The notes under the pieces: generated by a model
Told to the model about the DNA's origin: nothing
Databases searched by the model: none
Seen by the model: only the letters and a program-made list of their open reading frames with translations
NCBI GenBank assembly: GCA_965248055.1
Contig: CBDFIJ010000004.1
Span: 1,888,001-1,952,000, forward strand
DNA: 64,000 bases
Origin: Candidatus Multivoradales bacterium
GTDB taxonomy: Bacteria; Acidobacteriota; Thermoanaerobaculia; Multivoradales; JAHEKO01
Reading direction: 5' to 3'
Shown here: piece after piece, positions 1 through 9,806 of the stretch
Layout of the letters: every line of letters starts with the position of its first letter
Numbering within the stretch: position 1 is the first letter of the stretch
Program-made: the position numbers and the translations under genes

Positions 1-48
1 CTCGCAATTATCGGCCTCATCAAGTCGATGATGGCTGGCAACAAGTAG
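1..48 (+). CDS. 3' end of a gene running in from the left edge (..LAIIGLIKSMMAGNK*), probably a membrane protein
   Basis: Open frame from base 1 to TAG at 46-48 with hydrophobic residues, followed by a hairpin. Confidence 0.45.
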   Translation, partial: LAIIGLIKSMMAGNK

Positions 49-98
49 CCTCGTAGCTACGGCAATCACGATTACCAAACCGCAAATTTTGACTCTTG

Positions 99-126
99 GG
101 TGGCGCTCTCCGTGGGGAGCGTCACC
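99..126. terminator. GC-rich hairpin between convergent genes, probable terminator
   Basis: GGTGGCGCTCTC-CGTG-GGGAGCGTCACC, a 12-bp stem with two G:U pairs. Confidence 0.55.
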
Positions 127-250
127 TTGGGTTCCCTATGTAGTGCGTCTAGGTGGCGCGTCTGGCGCTAGCGCTTCTCTTCCGACGTGGCCCTTTAATA
201 CCTTTCGATTTGTTAGATCAGCGGTTCGCCTAACTCGGCTCGGTTCAGGA

Positions 251-1120
251 TCAAACCTTGAGCCGCTCGCGGTAGCCTTCGATTTCTTCTGCTGTCATCT
301 CCTCACCTTCCGGGTACTCCAAGGGCAAAGACTCCAGAGTCTGGACGATGGTCTCGGCAACCACCATGCGCATATAGGGCTTGGAGTCGGCGGGGATTGC
401 GTGCCAGGGCGCCCAGGGGCGGGAGGTGGCCGCAAGGGCTTCCTCAAACGCCGTCATGTACTGGTCCCAATGATCTCGTTCGTCGAGATCGCCAGCTGAA
501 AATTTCCACTGCTTTTCAGGGTCGTCTAAGCGCGACAACAGCCGCTCGGCTTGTTTTTCCTTAGAAATATTTAGCCAAAATTTTAAGATAACCATCCCTG
601 ACCGAGCTAGATGGCGTTCGTGCTCCAGGATTGACTGGTAGCGCTGCTGCCAAACGACATTGAGGTCTGTGGGGTAGGGCAGCTTCTGATACCCCAAGAT
701 CCCCGGATGAACCCGCACCACTAATACCTCTTCGTAATAGCTGCGGTTGAAGATGCCGATGCGCCCGCGCTCGGGCAATTGTTTGGTCGTGCGCCACAGA
801 AAATCGTGATCCAACTCTTCAGCAGAAGGTTTCTTGAAGGAGGACACTTGGCAACCAGCGGGGTCGACCCCACTCATGACAGCTCGAATGGTGCCATCCT
901 TGCCCGCAGCATCCATCGCCTGGAATACCAGTAGAACGGAAAACTTATCCTGAGCGTAGAGCCGCCGTTGCAGGTGATGCAGTCGTTCAGTGAGTTGTTG
1001 TTGCCGTTTACGACACTCTTGCTTGCTCGGAGCATCTAGCGGCGGAACAGTGCCTACTTGGGCGCGATCAAACGCTCCGTCAAAGGGCACCAAGAAAGGA
1101 GAAGACAGCGCTTCAAACAT
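251..1120 (-). CDS. ppk2: Polyphosphate kinase 2 family protein
   Basis: Motifs FQAMDAAGKDG, FKKPSAEELDHDFLWR, FNRSYYEEVL, WKFS. Confidence 0.92.
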   Translation of the reverse strand: MFEALSSPFLVPFDGAFDRAQVGTVPPLDAPSKQECRKRQQQLTERLHHLQRRLYAQDKFSVLLVFQAMDAAGKDGTIRAVMSGVDPAGCQVSSFKKPSAEELDHDFLWRTTKQLPERGRIGIFNRSYYEEVLVVRVHPGILGYQKLPYPTDLNVVWQQRYQSILEHERHLARSGMVILKFWLNISKEKQAERLLSRLDDPEKQWKFSAGDLDERDHWDQYMTAFEEALAATSRPWAPWHAIPADSKPYMRMVVAETIVQTLESLPLEYPEGEEMTAEEIEGYRERLKV

Positions 1121-1123
1121 TCC

Positions 1124-1525
1124 CTAGAACTCCAACTGGGTATCTTCTGCAAGCACTTCCAATGACTCGATCCAGGCCATTCGCTCAGAGTCCAAATCGA
1201 TTGCAAGCTGGAGAGCGACTTTGTCCCCAGGCTGGATACCTTCTACTTCCACTCCTTCGCCCAAGGCGAAGTCCATCGTCATCGCCATCATCCCCACCGT
1301 CTCTCCATCAACATCGCGAAACTCCGGAATCGCCTCATGGCGGACTTGCAGGCTGTCTTCACCGACAAAACGGACGACTCCGCGCACTAGATAGATCGTG
1401 GGAGCATCCACGACCTGTTGCAGGGACTCATCGTTTGCACCCTGGTCCGCTTGACACCCGAGCATCGTCCAGCCAGCAAGCACAACCACTGCGGCTAATA
1501 TCGATCGTTTCCAATTCATTGTCAT
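1124..1525 (-). CDS. CusF-like periplasmic copper-binding lipoprotein
   Basis: Lipobox-like MLGC; HEAIP...MMAMTMDF copper motif; GDKV. Confidence 0.75.
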   Translation of the reverse strand: MTMNWKRSILAAVVVLAGWTMLGCQADQGANDESLQQVVDAPTIYLVRGVVRFVGEDSLQVRHEAIPEFRDVDGETVGMMAMTMDFALGEGVEVEGIQPGDKVALQLAIDLDSERMAWIESLEVLAEDTQLEF

Positions 1526-1569
1526 CGTCTGGGCACCTCTCGCTACGAAGGCAGCCTACCGCACGCTTG

Positions 1570-2313
1570 TCAACGCTTCTGATCAATCAAGGATCGAATT
1601 TCCTCTGGGGATAAGACCCGCCGCAACGCCTCGCGAATGGACAGCGGGCTCATCGCAGTAGCGTGCTGGCGAACGTACTGGATTACCCAATTGGGCTCGG
1701 TTTTGGCGAACTCGCGAAGCGCCCAACCGATCCCCTTGCGCAGAAAGAAATCTTGGTGTTCCAGAGAAGGTTCGATCCAGCGTTTGAGCAACCCCGGATC
1801 GGTATGTTGTTTAGATTTGAGTTGCGCCAGGATCGCCGTGCGCCGCAGCCAAAGATCATCGTCCATCGACCATTGATCGAGTATTGGGGTCATCGACTCC
1901 GGAAAGTGGCGCAGTAAGTGACCAATGCGCCAAGTGGCCAGTCGGTCTACCAAGTCCCACCAGGCGCCGGTGACAATCATCTCTTGGTACAGAGGCAGAA
2001 GTTCGAGGTCTTGATATTGCTTGAACCGGGGGTGGTCAGCCAAGTCCAAAGCCGCGTACAGCTCTTCGCGGTGGGTGGCGTTACGCCATAGGTCTTCCAC
2101 GGTCTCGCGCCACTCCACTTTTTCTTCCTGTTGAGACCCTTGTTTAGGCGTCGGCCAGTGCTTGGCAACCGCTTCCTTGATCAAGAGGCGCCGCTCGGGG
2201 GCGATCACCCCAAGAAAAGGCATCTCGGATTTCATGTAGGCCTGCATTTGTGGAGCCTTCTCGGCGTCCCCATGAGTCCGCAAGTTGGCCCTCAGTTGAT
2301 CGGCAATTCTCAT
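1570..2313 (-). CDS. DNA alkylation repair protein (AlkD-like HEAT-repeat glycosylase)
   Basis: MQAYMKSEMPFLGV, WWDLVD, FFLRKGIGWALRE; ATG at 2313 overlaps the upstream stop (ATGA). Confidence 0.85.
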   Translation of the reverse strand: MRIADQLRANLRTHGDAEKAPQMQAYMKSEMPFLGVIAPERRLLIKEAVAKHWPTPKQGSQQEEKVEWRETVEDLWRNATHREELYAALDLADHPRFKQYQDLELLPLYQEMIVTGAWWDLVDRLATWRIGHLLRHFPESMTPILDQWSMDDDLWLRRTAILAQLKSKQHTDPGLLKRWIEPSLEHQDFFLRKGIGWALREFAKTEPNWVIQYVRQHATAMSPLSIREALRRVLSPEEIRSLIDQKR

Positions 2314-3023
2314 CGCTCTCCAGCGGTCACTTCCAGCATCCAGGTGACGGCCGTTTGGCAAAGCTCAACGAGTACATCTTGATCGCTGCGACCGCTTCGC
2401 TTGAGAACCTGGAAGCCATGGTCGGCACTCTCGATCCGCTGAAGAGTCGCCGCCGACCCCAAATAATCAATCTTCGGTTGCATGAGCTCCAGGTCCGCCA
2501 AACGGTCCCGGGTTCCTTGGAGAAACAGCATCGGCACTGAAACTTCCGCCAGGTGACGCGCGCGATCCACTGCGGGCCGCCCAGCGGGATGCAAAGGAAA
2601 GCCGAAGAACACCAGGCCCCGTAAGGTCTCCGGTGTAGAGGGTTGAACCGCCAACCAACCGGAGGTCACGCGACCACCCAACGACTTGCCGCCGGCAAAG
2701 ATCGGCAGTCCGGGAAACTCCAGAAGCGCCCACTCGATCACCGCGCCCACCGTGGCCTGCAGAACTGATGGCGAGTCCGGACGCCCCCAGCGCTTGCCGC
2801 TTTCGGCAAGTCGCCGCATATAGGGAAACTGATAGCGAACAACAGTGATCGATCTCTCGACCAACCCTTCCGCCACACCCTGCATGAATGGATGCAGCAT
2901 GCCCGCACCGGCACCATGAGCGAACAAAAATACTGCAGCTGGCGGAGAAGCAGCGTCAACTTGCGCCTCAACCGTTTGCCTGCCTTGATCCCAAGTGATG
3001 TTTAACTTCGACGACACCCCCAT
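2310..3023 (-). CDS. Alpha/beta hydrolase (KANL3/Tex30-like)
   Basis: AHGAGAGM, GGKSLGGR nucleophile elbow, QGTRD, ADHGF. Confidence 0.85.
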   Translation of the reverse strand: MGVSSKLNITWDQGRQTVEAQVDAASPPAAVFLFAHGAGAGMLHPFMQGVAEGLVERSITVVRYQFPYMRRLAESGKRWGRPDSPSVLQATVGAVIEWALLEFPGLPIFAGGKSLGGRVTSGWLAVQPSTPETLRGLVFFGFPLHPAGRPAVDRARHLAEVSVPMLFLQGTRDRLADLELMQPKIDYLGSAATLQRIESADHGFQVLKRSGRSDQDVLVELCQTAVTWMLEVTAGER

Positions 3024-3075
3024 AAGATACCGGCAACCGGGCTAGTCTGCACAAAGCGATCACCCGATTGAAACC

Positions 3076-3750
3076 ATGTCCATCAACGAAGGCGTCATCC
3101 AGTTCGAACTTTCTCATACCGGAGTGGCAATCGATGCGCACGCGGTTAACCAAGTCTTCTGCCAGCTGGTTGCTTGGCGAGAGATCTTGGCTCGCAGCCA
3201 ACTGGTCGGCCAGGATCCAACCCTGTACCAGGGGTTTGGTTACGGCAACGCCAGTGTCCGTGTCGGTCGTCGTAGCAGCGGGCGGGGAAGGCGGAGCTTC
3301 TTGATCACCGGAACCCAGACTTCAGGCAAGGACCACCTGAAACTCTCCGACTGCGCCGTCGTGGACAGTTACAACACCCGGGCCAACCAAGTCGCAAGTC
3401 ATGGTCGTGCCGAACCGTCTTCGGAGGCGCTTAGCCACGCCGCGATCTATGACCTGGGACCCCACATTCAAGCGGTTCTGCATGCTCACTCTCCAACCAT
3501 CTGGAATACGGCTGTGAAATTGCGCATCCCGATCACTGACCCTACGGCCACTTACGGCACTCCGGCCATGGCCCAAGCTATCGCCTCCTGCTACCAGCAA
3601 GGGCTGTTTGCCGAACGTCAGATCCTCGCCATGGGCGGCCACCAAGACGGCATCCTTGCCTTTGGTCGCACCGTTGAGGAAGCGGGGATGGTGTTGATCA
3701 AGTGGTTGGGGAGAGCGTACGAAGGGCTGTGCGTGATCCCCGTCACATAG
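3076..3750 (+). CDS. Class II aldolase/adducin family protein
   Basis: GYGNAS, FLITGTQT, PSSEALSH, VLHAHS. Confidence 0.8.
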   Translation: MSINEGVIQFELSHTGVAIDAHAVNQVFCQLVAWREILARSQLVGQDPTLYQGFGYGNASVRVGRRSSGRGRRSFLITGTQTSGKDHLKLSDCAVVDSYNTRANQVASHGRAEPSSEALSHAAIYDLGPHIQAVLHAHSPTIWNTAVKLRIPITDPTATYGTPAMAQAIASCYQQGLFAERQILAMGGHQDGILAFGRTVEEAGMVLIKWLGRAYEGLCVIPVT

Positions 3751-3833
3751 AATTTTCGTTCAGATCAACAATACTCGCCCCATTCAAAAAGCGTCCCTCT
3801 AGCAAAGAAGGGTCCTTAGGCAAAGGAGGCCTG

Positions 3834-4040
3834 ATGAACGATTCTCAAAGAGTGTCTATTGGTTTCGCCCCACGAAGAATCTTGTTGTTGATGTTTGTTC
3901 TACTCAGTTTCGCCAAAGCGACATCAGCCCTGCCACCAAGCGGTTGCCGCTTGTACACCAATTCCCGCGCCGCGGTCATCGAAGACTACTTCGTCTGTGC
4001 TTACACCGGCGACGGGTGCATGTACTGCTGGGATATTTAG
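3834..4040 (+). CDS. Small secreted Cys-rich peptide (68 aa)
   Basis: Strong RBS AAGGAGG before ATG 3834; signal peptide followed by a mature part with 4 Cys (CRLY..VCAYTGDGCMYCWDI). Confidence 0.65.
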   Translation: MNDSQRVSIGFAPRRILLLMFVLLSFAKATSALPPSGCRLYTNSRAAVIEDYFVCAYTGDGCMYCWDI

Positions 4041-4060
4041 CACCGCCTTCGTTCACGGCG

Positions 4061-5182
4061 GTGACTTTCTTGCGCAAGCTACTGCTTGCTACTGCACTCC
4101 TGTGGTTGGTTCCTTATAGGGCTAGCAGTGAGGCACCTGGTTTCTTGGTCGTTCGACAGTCCGGGCCCGTTGCGTCGGAGGTTCGTGCCCGTGACATTCG
4201 CTTCGGCGATGGCGAAAAAGTCATGGTGGCTACGGTTGAAGGCAACGTTGACCACCTGGTGACAGTAAACGGAACTTGGACAACCGACCATCAAGAAGGC
4301 CAGGTTTGGGTCGGCTGGCACTTGGCTACCCACAAGAAGACGATGGCCCTGGGCTCACCCTTGCGGGAAATAGGTGTTCGGTCTGAAGCCAACGGCTGGT
4401 CGAGCTTTGCTCTCTTTGAGGCGATCGAGGATATCGACGTCCACCAAAATACCCTAGCTGTATTGGGCATGCAGTTGTCGGAGGTCGATCAAGACACCGG
4501 TGCTGCGTCTGTCGATGGGGCGATTTCCTGGACCTTAGACCTGGACGCCGTTCAGCAGCAAGCGACGCCCGGGAATGGCCCACCCTCTCAGAGCGATACA
4601 GCCCGAAAAGACAAAGGTCCAACTACTCCCATTTGGATTTCCCGCGACGGTGCCGGAGCTAGATCCATGAACAGTTGCACTACCGGTCGATTGGGGTCGT
4701 TACGCTTTCTCGCCAACGGCACATTGGCTGTCGCCCCTGGTGTGGAACCCGGGGTTTCGTTGTTCGACCGAGAAGGCTCTCTAGTGCAGCGCTGGGACAC
4801 CACACTGGTTGGGGTGTCCGATTTCTGCCAAGATATGGACACTGCGGCGACCAATGCATTCTCCATTGACCAGCAAAATCGCGCCGAAACACTCAATCAG
4901 CACATCATCATTGACGACCTCATTGAGTGGCAAAACAAGCCGGCTTTGATTCTCCGAGCGATGAGCGGCGGTTTTCCGGTGTGGGGCTTGGTTGTTCTAG
5001 AGGACGACGGCTCCTTCCGTTCTCTACCGCTACCGATTGACCACGGATCAAGCTATTCACGCCTCAAGGCGGACTCTCGGTCTGAGCAACTGTTAATCCT
5101 CCGCTATGAACCTTTTCGCTCGTTAGTGGGTGAAAGTTTTGCGGAGGTCATCTTCTTCCTCAAACCCAGCGGCCAATCGTGA
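4061..5182 (+). CDS. Secreted hypothetical protein, possibly a beta-propeller
   Basis: Long ORF; signal peptide from GTG 4061; beta-rich segments such as SLRFLANGTLAV and SLFDREGSLVQRW. Confidence 0.6.
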   Translation: MTFLRKLLLATALLWLVPYRASSEAPGFLVVRQSGPVASEVRARDIRFGDGEKVMVATVEGNVDHLVTVNGTWTTDHQEGQVWVGWHLATHKKTMALGSPLREIGVRSEANGWSSFALFEAIEDIDVHQNTLAVLGMQLSEVDQDTGAASVDGAISWTLDLDAVQQQATPGNGPPSQSDTARKDKGPTTPIWISRDGAGARSMNSCTTGRLGSLRFLANGTLAVAPGVEPGVSLFDREGSLVQRWDTTLVGVSDFCQDMDTAATNAFSIDQQNRAETLNQHIIIDDLIEWQNKPALILRAMSGGFPVWGLVVLEDDGSFRSLPLPIDHGSSYSRLKADSRSEQLLILRYEPFRSLVGESFAEVIFFLKPSGQS

Positions 5183-8133
5183 AACATCGAAGACTCAGCT
5201 CTCACTTCCGTTTGTTAATCGTTCTCTGGTTTGCCGGAGTGCTACCGATGACAGCCGGCAGCTTGTGCCAAAACGCTCTTGGTGAGTGGATCCAAGATTC
5301 CTGCGCCACGCCTCCGGTATGGGCATGGGGACTCCAAGACCCTCCAGCTCGATCCACGGTCGACCGATCGGCCGCAGCAACAACCCTGGAAATAACCGGA
5401 ACCAACTGTGGGGACTCTTTCGAAATCGTCAGTGCTCCACTTGAGATGTGGACCGAAGTGCCGGAGCAGCTTCTTCCCATATGGCCTGCCACGTCGTCAG
5501 CCTCTTCCCGAGTTCCAGTATCTTTGGGTGTTCCTTGGCGGGTGCGCGCGATCGGACCGCATGGTTCATCTTGGTGGTCGGACACAACCGATCGACCGAG
5601 TGTTGATTTGGTCTGCCAACCGGGCGCTGTCGAGACCTCGATCGGTCAGCAATTCACGCGGGTTAGCGTCAGAGCAGAACGCGACCAACCGATCCTGGCG
5701 TTCTGGGGTCCCCAAGATGGACTTCTCCAAGCGTCAATCCCGGAACGGAATCTAGTCTGGGTGTTTGACGGGCCTGAGACCGTAGCCATTGCAAATCAAG
5801 GGGCGCCTGCAGATATTTCCGCACCACGCGCTGTATCAGGACGGACAATTTCTGGCTCGGTTACAGATGGCTCTCGAAGCCCCGTGGATGGTGCTCTGGT
5901 TAGCTTGGAGAGCTTGACCGAGGGATCCCTAGCGGTGGCCGTTGAAAGCATGACCACCACCGACGAAGAGGGTCGGTTCGAGTTTCTCGGCGTGGCTACT
6001 ACTGGAGTGGTGGTCCGAGTCCAAGACGACAACAGGGTTCCGTCGGTAGAAAAGATCGCCCCAGGCAACGATCACGTTGCGCTTGATTTCAAGCTACTTT
6101 CGGGGAGGCCGTTACGGGTTCTAGTGAGCGATACTTCCGGGCAGCCTATTGAGGGTGCAGAGATACGAAGCGACATCGGTCATCTGGTGTATACCGAAGC
6201 CAGAGGTGTCGCTCACCTTGGGCTAGTACCGATAGATCAACGGGTAGATCTGTCAGTGAGCGCCGAAGGGTTTCAAGAGATACGCCATTCCACTGATTCC
6301 TCAGATTCAGAGATCGTTCAAGTTACGTTGGCGGAACCTTCTACGGTTACCGGTTTAGTTCTGGATCAGGAATCCAGGCTTCCGGCCTCCGATGCCACCA
6401 TCACGATCATCAACGGTCACCAGTTCTCTAGATGGTCTAGCAATCGTGACGGTTCATTTGAAATACCTATCCCCTCCAACCAAGAAGTCTCTTTGGTTAT
6501 TAAGTCCAGTTCCACCGGTCCGACCAATCACTCGATTCCGCGCTTGAGCGAAGGGGACCAATATGACCTTGGCCCGGTCTACTTACCGACTGGGCTTGGC
6601 GCTACCGGACGCCTATTGAACCGCGAAGGCAGTCCGGTCTCTGGAGCAAAGGTATGGGCACTTAGGAAGAGTGAACTACCGCCTCTTTTCGCTTGGCATC
6701 AGGGGAATCTGGTCGAAACAAACAGTGGTCCAGACGGTCGATTTGAACTCTGGGGGCTAAGCGCCGAAGAAGCACCACTGCGGATAGAGGCCACCGGCTA
6801 CGCCCCACAGTTGACGCTTGCCACTCCCTCTGAAACAACCCGGTTCGATGATCTCGGGGATCTAACATTGGATCATGGAGCAGAGTTGATCATTCAAACC
6901 GCCCACGAAAATGGGCGTGTAGTCGTGGATCCGTTCGGTTTCGGTTTTGAATTCGACCTCCGGAAATCCGAGGTCGAGAATGCATCAGCCACCCTACTTT
7001 CCATCCCTCTTGCCAAGATACAAGTTCAAGCGTTCAACAACCGCGGACAATTGACCTGCGAGACAACTGTGCAGGTAGACGAGCGGAAATCCGAATTCGA
7101 TTGCCGTGATGCGGGGGTTCTTGTCGAAGGCACCGTGTCGTTGAACAACCAACCCGGCCAAGACGGCGAGATAGTTTTCTCACGAGTGGCCAAAGGGCCC
7201 AGCTTGATTCTCACTTCGCAATCCACCTTCGGCGCGAAAAGCCAGAAAGTGGTTGGCGGAACCGTGACCGCTCCAACCGCACCGGTCGATTCCGGAGAGT
7301 TTTTGGGGGTCGTTCCTTCCCCGGGGCGTTGGTTGGCAACTTGGGTTTCAAAACAACGCTCCTGGGGTCCAATAGAAGTGGAGATCCCGGATGCAGCAAC
7401 CCATTTCGCTAGTTTGCACTTCGGCGGACTGGTTGTAGAAGGAAAAGTTGTTGACTCTCAAGGGGTACCCGCCAAGGCATTGGTGGAACTCGACGGCAAG
7501 GCTCAGGCCACCGATGACAACGGAGTTTTTCATTTCGAAGGGGTTCGGGCAGGTCTCCAAAAACTCAAAGCTCGAGATTGGAGTGATCCTCGACAGAGTC
7601 GTCAGATCTCACTTACCCTCACCGAACACAGTTATCCCAAGTATCAGTTGGTTGAGTTGACCGATGCTGGGCCAAAGATCGAAGTCGTGGCGGTCGCACC
7701 TGGGTCTACTGTCTTTCTTGAGACAAACGGGGGCTCCTACTACACCACCACCGCCAACACCCAAGGAGTAGCGAAATTCGATATTAGTGAGAATGACGGG
7801 CAGGTTCGAGCAACTTCTTGGCATCGAGGTATCTGGGCGATCGGCTCCTGGATGAACTTAGAACAAGCCTCTGAGCAGGGACTTTTGGTGCACCGTAAGC
7901 CGGTAGGTACCATCATTGTCCGGGGCGATGAACCCGATCCAGTTTCCATTCAACTCGGTGATTGGGCCTACGCAGATTTCGCCAGCCGCTTGGGGCTCCC
8001 TACCACCCTGCACCGCGGCACCCTGCAAGCAAGGGGCTTACCCGAGGGTACTTGGAAAATCCTCGAACAAGCACGGCTGATTGATCAAGTAACTTTGACC
8101 TCGGGGGACATCCTAGAGGTCGACTTGAATTAG
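5179..8133 (+). CDS. Large secreted protein with repeated carboxypeptidase-regulatory-like (Cna-B type) domains
   Basis: Repeated GxVxDxxGxPVxGA...TDxxGxF units; signal peptide; GTGA overlap with upstream gene. Confidence 0.75.
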   Translation: MKHRRLSSHFRLLIVLWFAGVLPMTAGSLCQNALGEWIQDSCATPPVWAWGLQDPPARSTVDRSAAATTLEITGTNCGDSFEIVSAPLEMWTEVPEQLLPIWPATSSASSRVPVSLGVPWRVRAIGPHGSSWWSDTTDRPSVDLVCQPGAVETSIGQQFTRVSVRAERDQPILAFWGPQDGLLQASIPERNLVWVFDGPETVAIANQGAPADISAPRAVSGRTISGSVTDGSRSPVDGALVSLESLTEGSLAVAVESMTTTDEEGRFEFLGVATTGVVVRVQDDNRVPSVEKIAPGNDHVALDFKLLSGRPLRVLVSDTSGQPIEGAEIRSDIGHLVYTEARGVAHLGLVPIDQRVDLSVSAEGFQEIRHSTDSSDSEIVQVTLAEPSTVTGLVLDQESRLPASDATITIINGHQFSRWSSNRDGSFEIPIPSNQEVSLVIKSSSTGPTNHSIPRLSEGDQYDLGPVYLPTGLGATGRLLNREGSPVSGAKVWALRKSELPPLFAWHQGNLVETNSGPDGRFELWGLSAEEAPLRIEATGYAPQLTLATPSETTRFDDLGDLTLDHGAELIIQTAHENGRVVVDPFGFGFEFDLRKSEVENASATLLSIPLAKIQVQAFNNRGQLTCETTVQVDERKSEFDCRDAGVLVEGTVSLNNQPGQDGEIVFSRVAKGPSLILTSQSTFGAKSQKVVGGTVTAPTAPVDSGEFLGVVPSPGRWLATWVSKQRSWGPIEVEIPDAATHFASLHFGGLVVEGKVVDSQGVPAKALVELDGKAQATDDNGVFHFEGVRAGLQKLKARDWSDPRQSRQISLTLTEHSYPKYQLVELTDAGPKIEVVAVAPGSTVFLETNGGSYYTTTANTQGVAKFDISENDGQVRATSWHRGIWAIGSWMNLEQASEQGLLVHRKPVGTIIVRGDEPDPVSIQLGDWAYADFASRLGLPTTLHRGTLQARGLPEGTWKILEQARLIDQVTLTSGDILEVDLN

Positions 8134-8200
8134 GGCCAAGAAGGCAGTTCCAAAATCTACTCGTAGAGAAGCGTACTCAATAGAAAGCTCTGCATTGGCT

Positions 8201-8229
8201 GCTAACACTTTCCTCTTCACTCCGTTGTA
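8201..8229 (+). promoter_or_regulatory. Putative ECF-sigma promoter upstream of the sigma factor operon
   Basis: GCTAAC-N16-CGTTGTA matches the AAC/CGT ECF promoter pattern. Confidence 0.45.
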
Positions 8230-8274
8230 CTAGATAGCGGAAGGACGTTTCCGCGGTCTACTAAAGGAGCTGAT

Positions 8275-8745
8275 ATGGAAATTTGGGAATTCATTGCACC
8301 GATGACCTTGGGGATTGCGCTGTTCATCGCCATCGTCACCATCGTGCGTACTATCACCAGCGGGCGCCAAGTGCGCACCGCGGTGGAAAAGAAAAGCGAA
8401 CTTCAGCAAAACATATTGAAGCAGTTTGAAGAGGGCGAGGAGTTGAATCAATTCCTCAACACTCCCGCTGGGAAGGAATTCGTCGCAACCGCCGAAATTC
8501 CTCTCGACAACAATCCCTACACTTCGATCTTGCGATCGGTACGGGGAGGAATCATCGCCGTCGCCCTGGGCGGGGCTTTCTATTTTCTGGACGACCAGGT
8601 CGGTGGTGAAGGCCTCAATATCGTTGGCATCTTGTTGACTGTCGCCGGGTTGGCGGTGATGTTGGCCGCTGGCGTGAGTTATTTTCTGTCGCAAAAGTGG
8701 GGACTCTTGCGGCAACCGGAATCTGATGGAACCATGGATTCGTGA
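8275..8745 (+). CDS. Membrane protein associated with ECF sigma factor (DUF6249-like)
   Basis: RBS AAGGAG; three hydrophobic segments; coupled to the sigma gene. Confidence 0.65.
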   Translation: MEIWEFIAPMTLGIALFIAIVTIVRTITSGRQVRTAVEKKSELQQNILKQFEEGEELNQFLNTPAGKEFVATAEIPLDNNPYTSILRSVRGGIIAVALGGAFYFLDDQVGGEGLNIVGILLTVAGLAVMLAAGVSYFLSQKWGLLRQPESDGTMDS

Positions 8746-9326
8746 CCGCAGTTGCTTTCACGCTCCCTCGACCCGACTTGGTGGCCCCGGGTCGGGTTGA
8801 GGTGCGTCAAGCGACAGAAGCGACACTGCCATCCAAGAACAACTTCCATCAAACCTATGAAGCAAACTCCCCCGCCCTGCTTCGCTATCTCACGCGGGCA
8901 ACTTCCGACCGGGATCTCGCCCAAGATTTGCTCCAGGATGTCTTTTTTCGCTACGTCAAATCTTCGTTTCAAGGAGAAAGCGATGAGCACCGTCGGCGTT
9001 TCTTGTTCCGCGTAGCCAGTAACTTAGTCATCGATCACTATCGACGCCAGAGACCTTTTCAGCTATCTCTAGAGAAAGCAGCCGGCATCGCTACGTCTCC
9101 TCCATCATCCCTGCGGTATGACCTAGCCCCTTTGTTGGCCAAGCTCTCAATTCGCGATCGGCAATTGGTTTGGTTGGCTCACGTCGAAGGATTCAGCCAC
9201 CAAGAGATCGCCGACATGCTCAAACTGCGGACCGCCAGCGTGCGACCAGCGCTGTTTAGAGCCCGCAAACGGCTGGCAAAGATCTTGTCGGCTCACGGAA
9301 TCGGACCTGAGGTATTGAGATCATGA
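8742..9326 (+). CDS. ECF RNA polymerase sigma factor
   Basis: AQDLLQDVF, LFRVASNLVIDHYRR, EGFSHQEIA, LFRARKRL. Confidence 0.92.
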   Translation: MTAVAFTLPRPDLVAPGRVEVRQATEATLPSKNNFHQTYEANSPALLRYLTRATSDRDLAQDLLQDVFFRYVKSSFQGESDEHRRRFLFRVASNLVIDHYRRQRPFQLSLEKAAGIATSPPSSLRYDLAPLLAKLSIRDRQLVWLAHVEGFSHQEIADMLKLRTASVRPALFRARKRLAKILSAHGIGPEVLRS

Positions 9327-9784
9327 GCTGCGAACATCTTCATGGCGCACCCGAGGGGCGATGGTCTGCAACCTTCGAAGCAAAGATCTCAGCCTGTGGC
9401 AAGACCTGTACCTCATGTGAAGAAGCTCTGATCGCTCAGAAGTTCTTGCTGCAACTCGCTGGCCTCGATGACTCTCAGCCTCTGGCTGCGGCCGATCAGT
9501 GGCTGTTGCTGCGTTGGCGACTCAACAAAGAACACCGTAGGCACGCGCTTCGCCCTTTAAGTTGGACCCGCAACGGCGTCCTGGTGCTCACCGGTGCCGT
9601 TGCTCTTTGGGTCGCTCCGAGTTGGCGAGGACTGATGGGGCTCTCCACGTCTTGGGCCCGTGTCGAAGCGCCGTGGAGCCTGCCCCTAGATCTGATGCTA
9701 AGCGCCCGAGGCTTACTTGGCCTCGCCCTCTTGGTGATGGCGGTGGTGTTTTGGCACGAAGGAGAACGCTGGATCGAGTCGTAG
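9323..9784 (+). CDS. Putative membrane anti-sigma factor
   Basis: Directly downstream of the ECF sigma gene; N-terminal Cys cluster (C..CGKTCTSC) resembling a zinc-binding anti-sigma domain; two TM segments. Confidence 0.6.
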   Translation: MSCEHLHGAPEGRWSATFEAKISACGKTCTSCEEALIAQKFLLQLAGLDDSQPLAAADQWLLLRWRLNKEHRRHALRPLSWTRNGVLVLTGAVALWVAPSWRGLMGLSTSWARVEAPWSLPLDLMLSARGLLGLALLVMAVVFWHEGERWIES

Positions 9785-9806
9785 TAGACCCAACTGGAAA
9801 TCCCGA

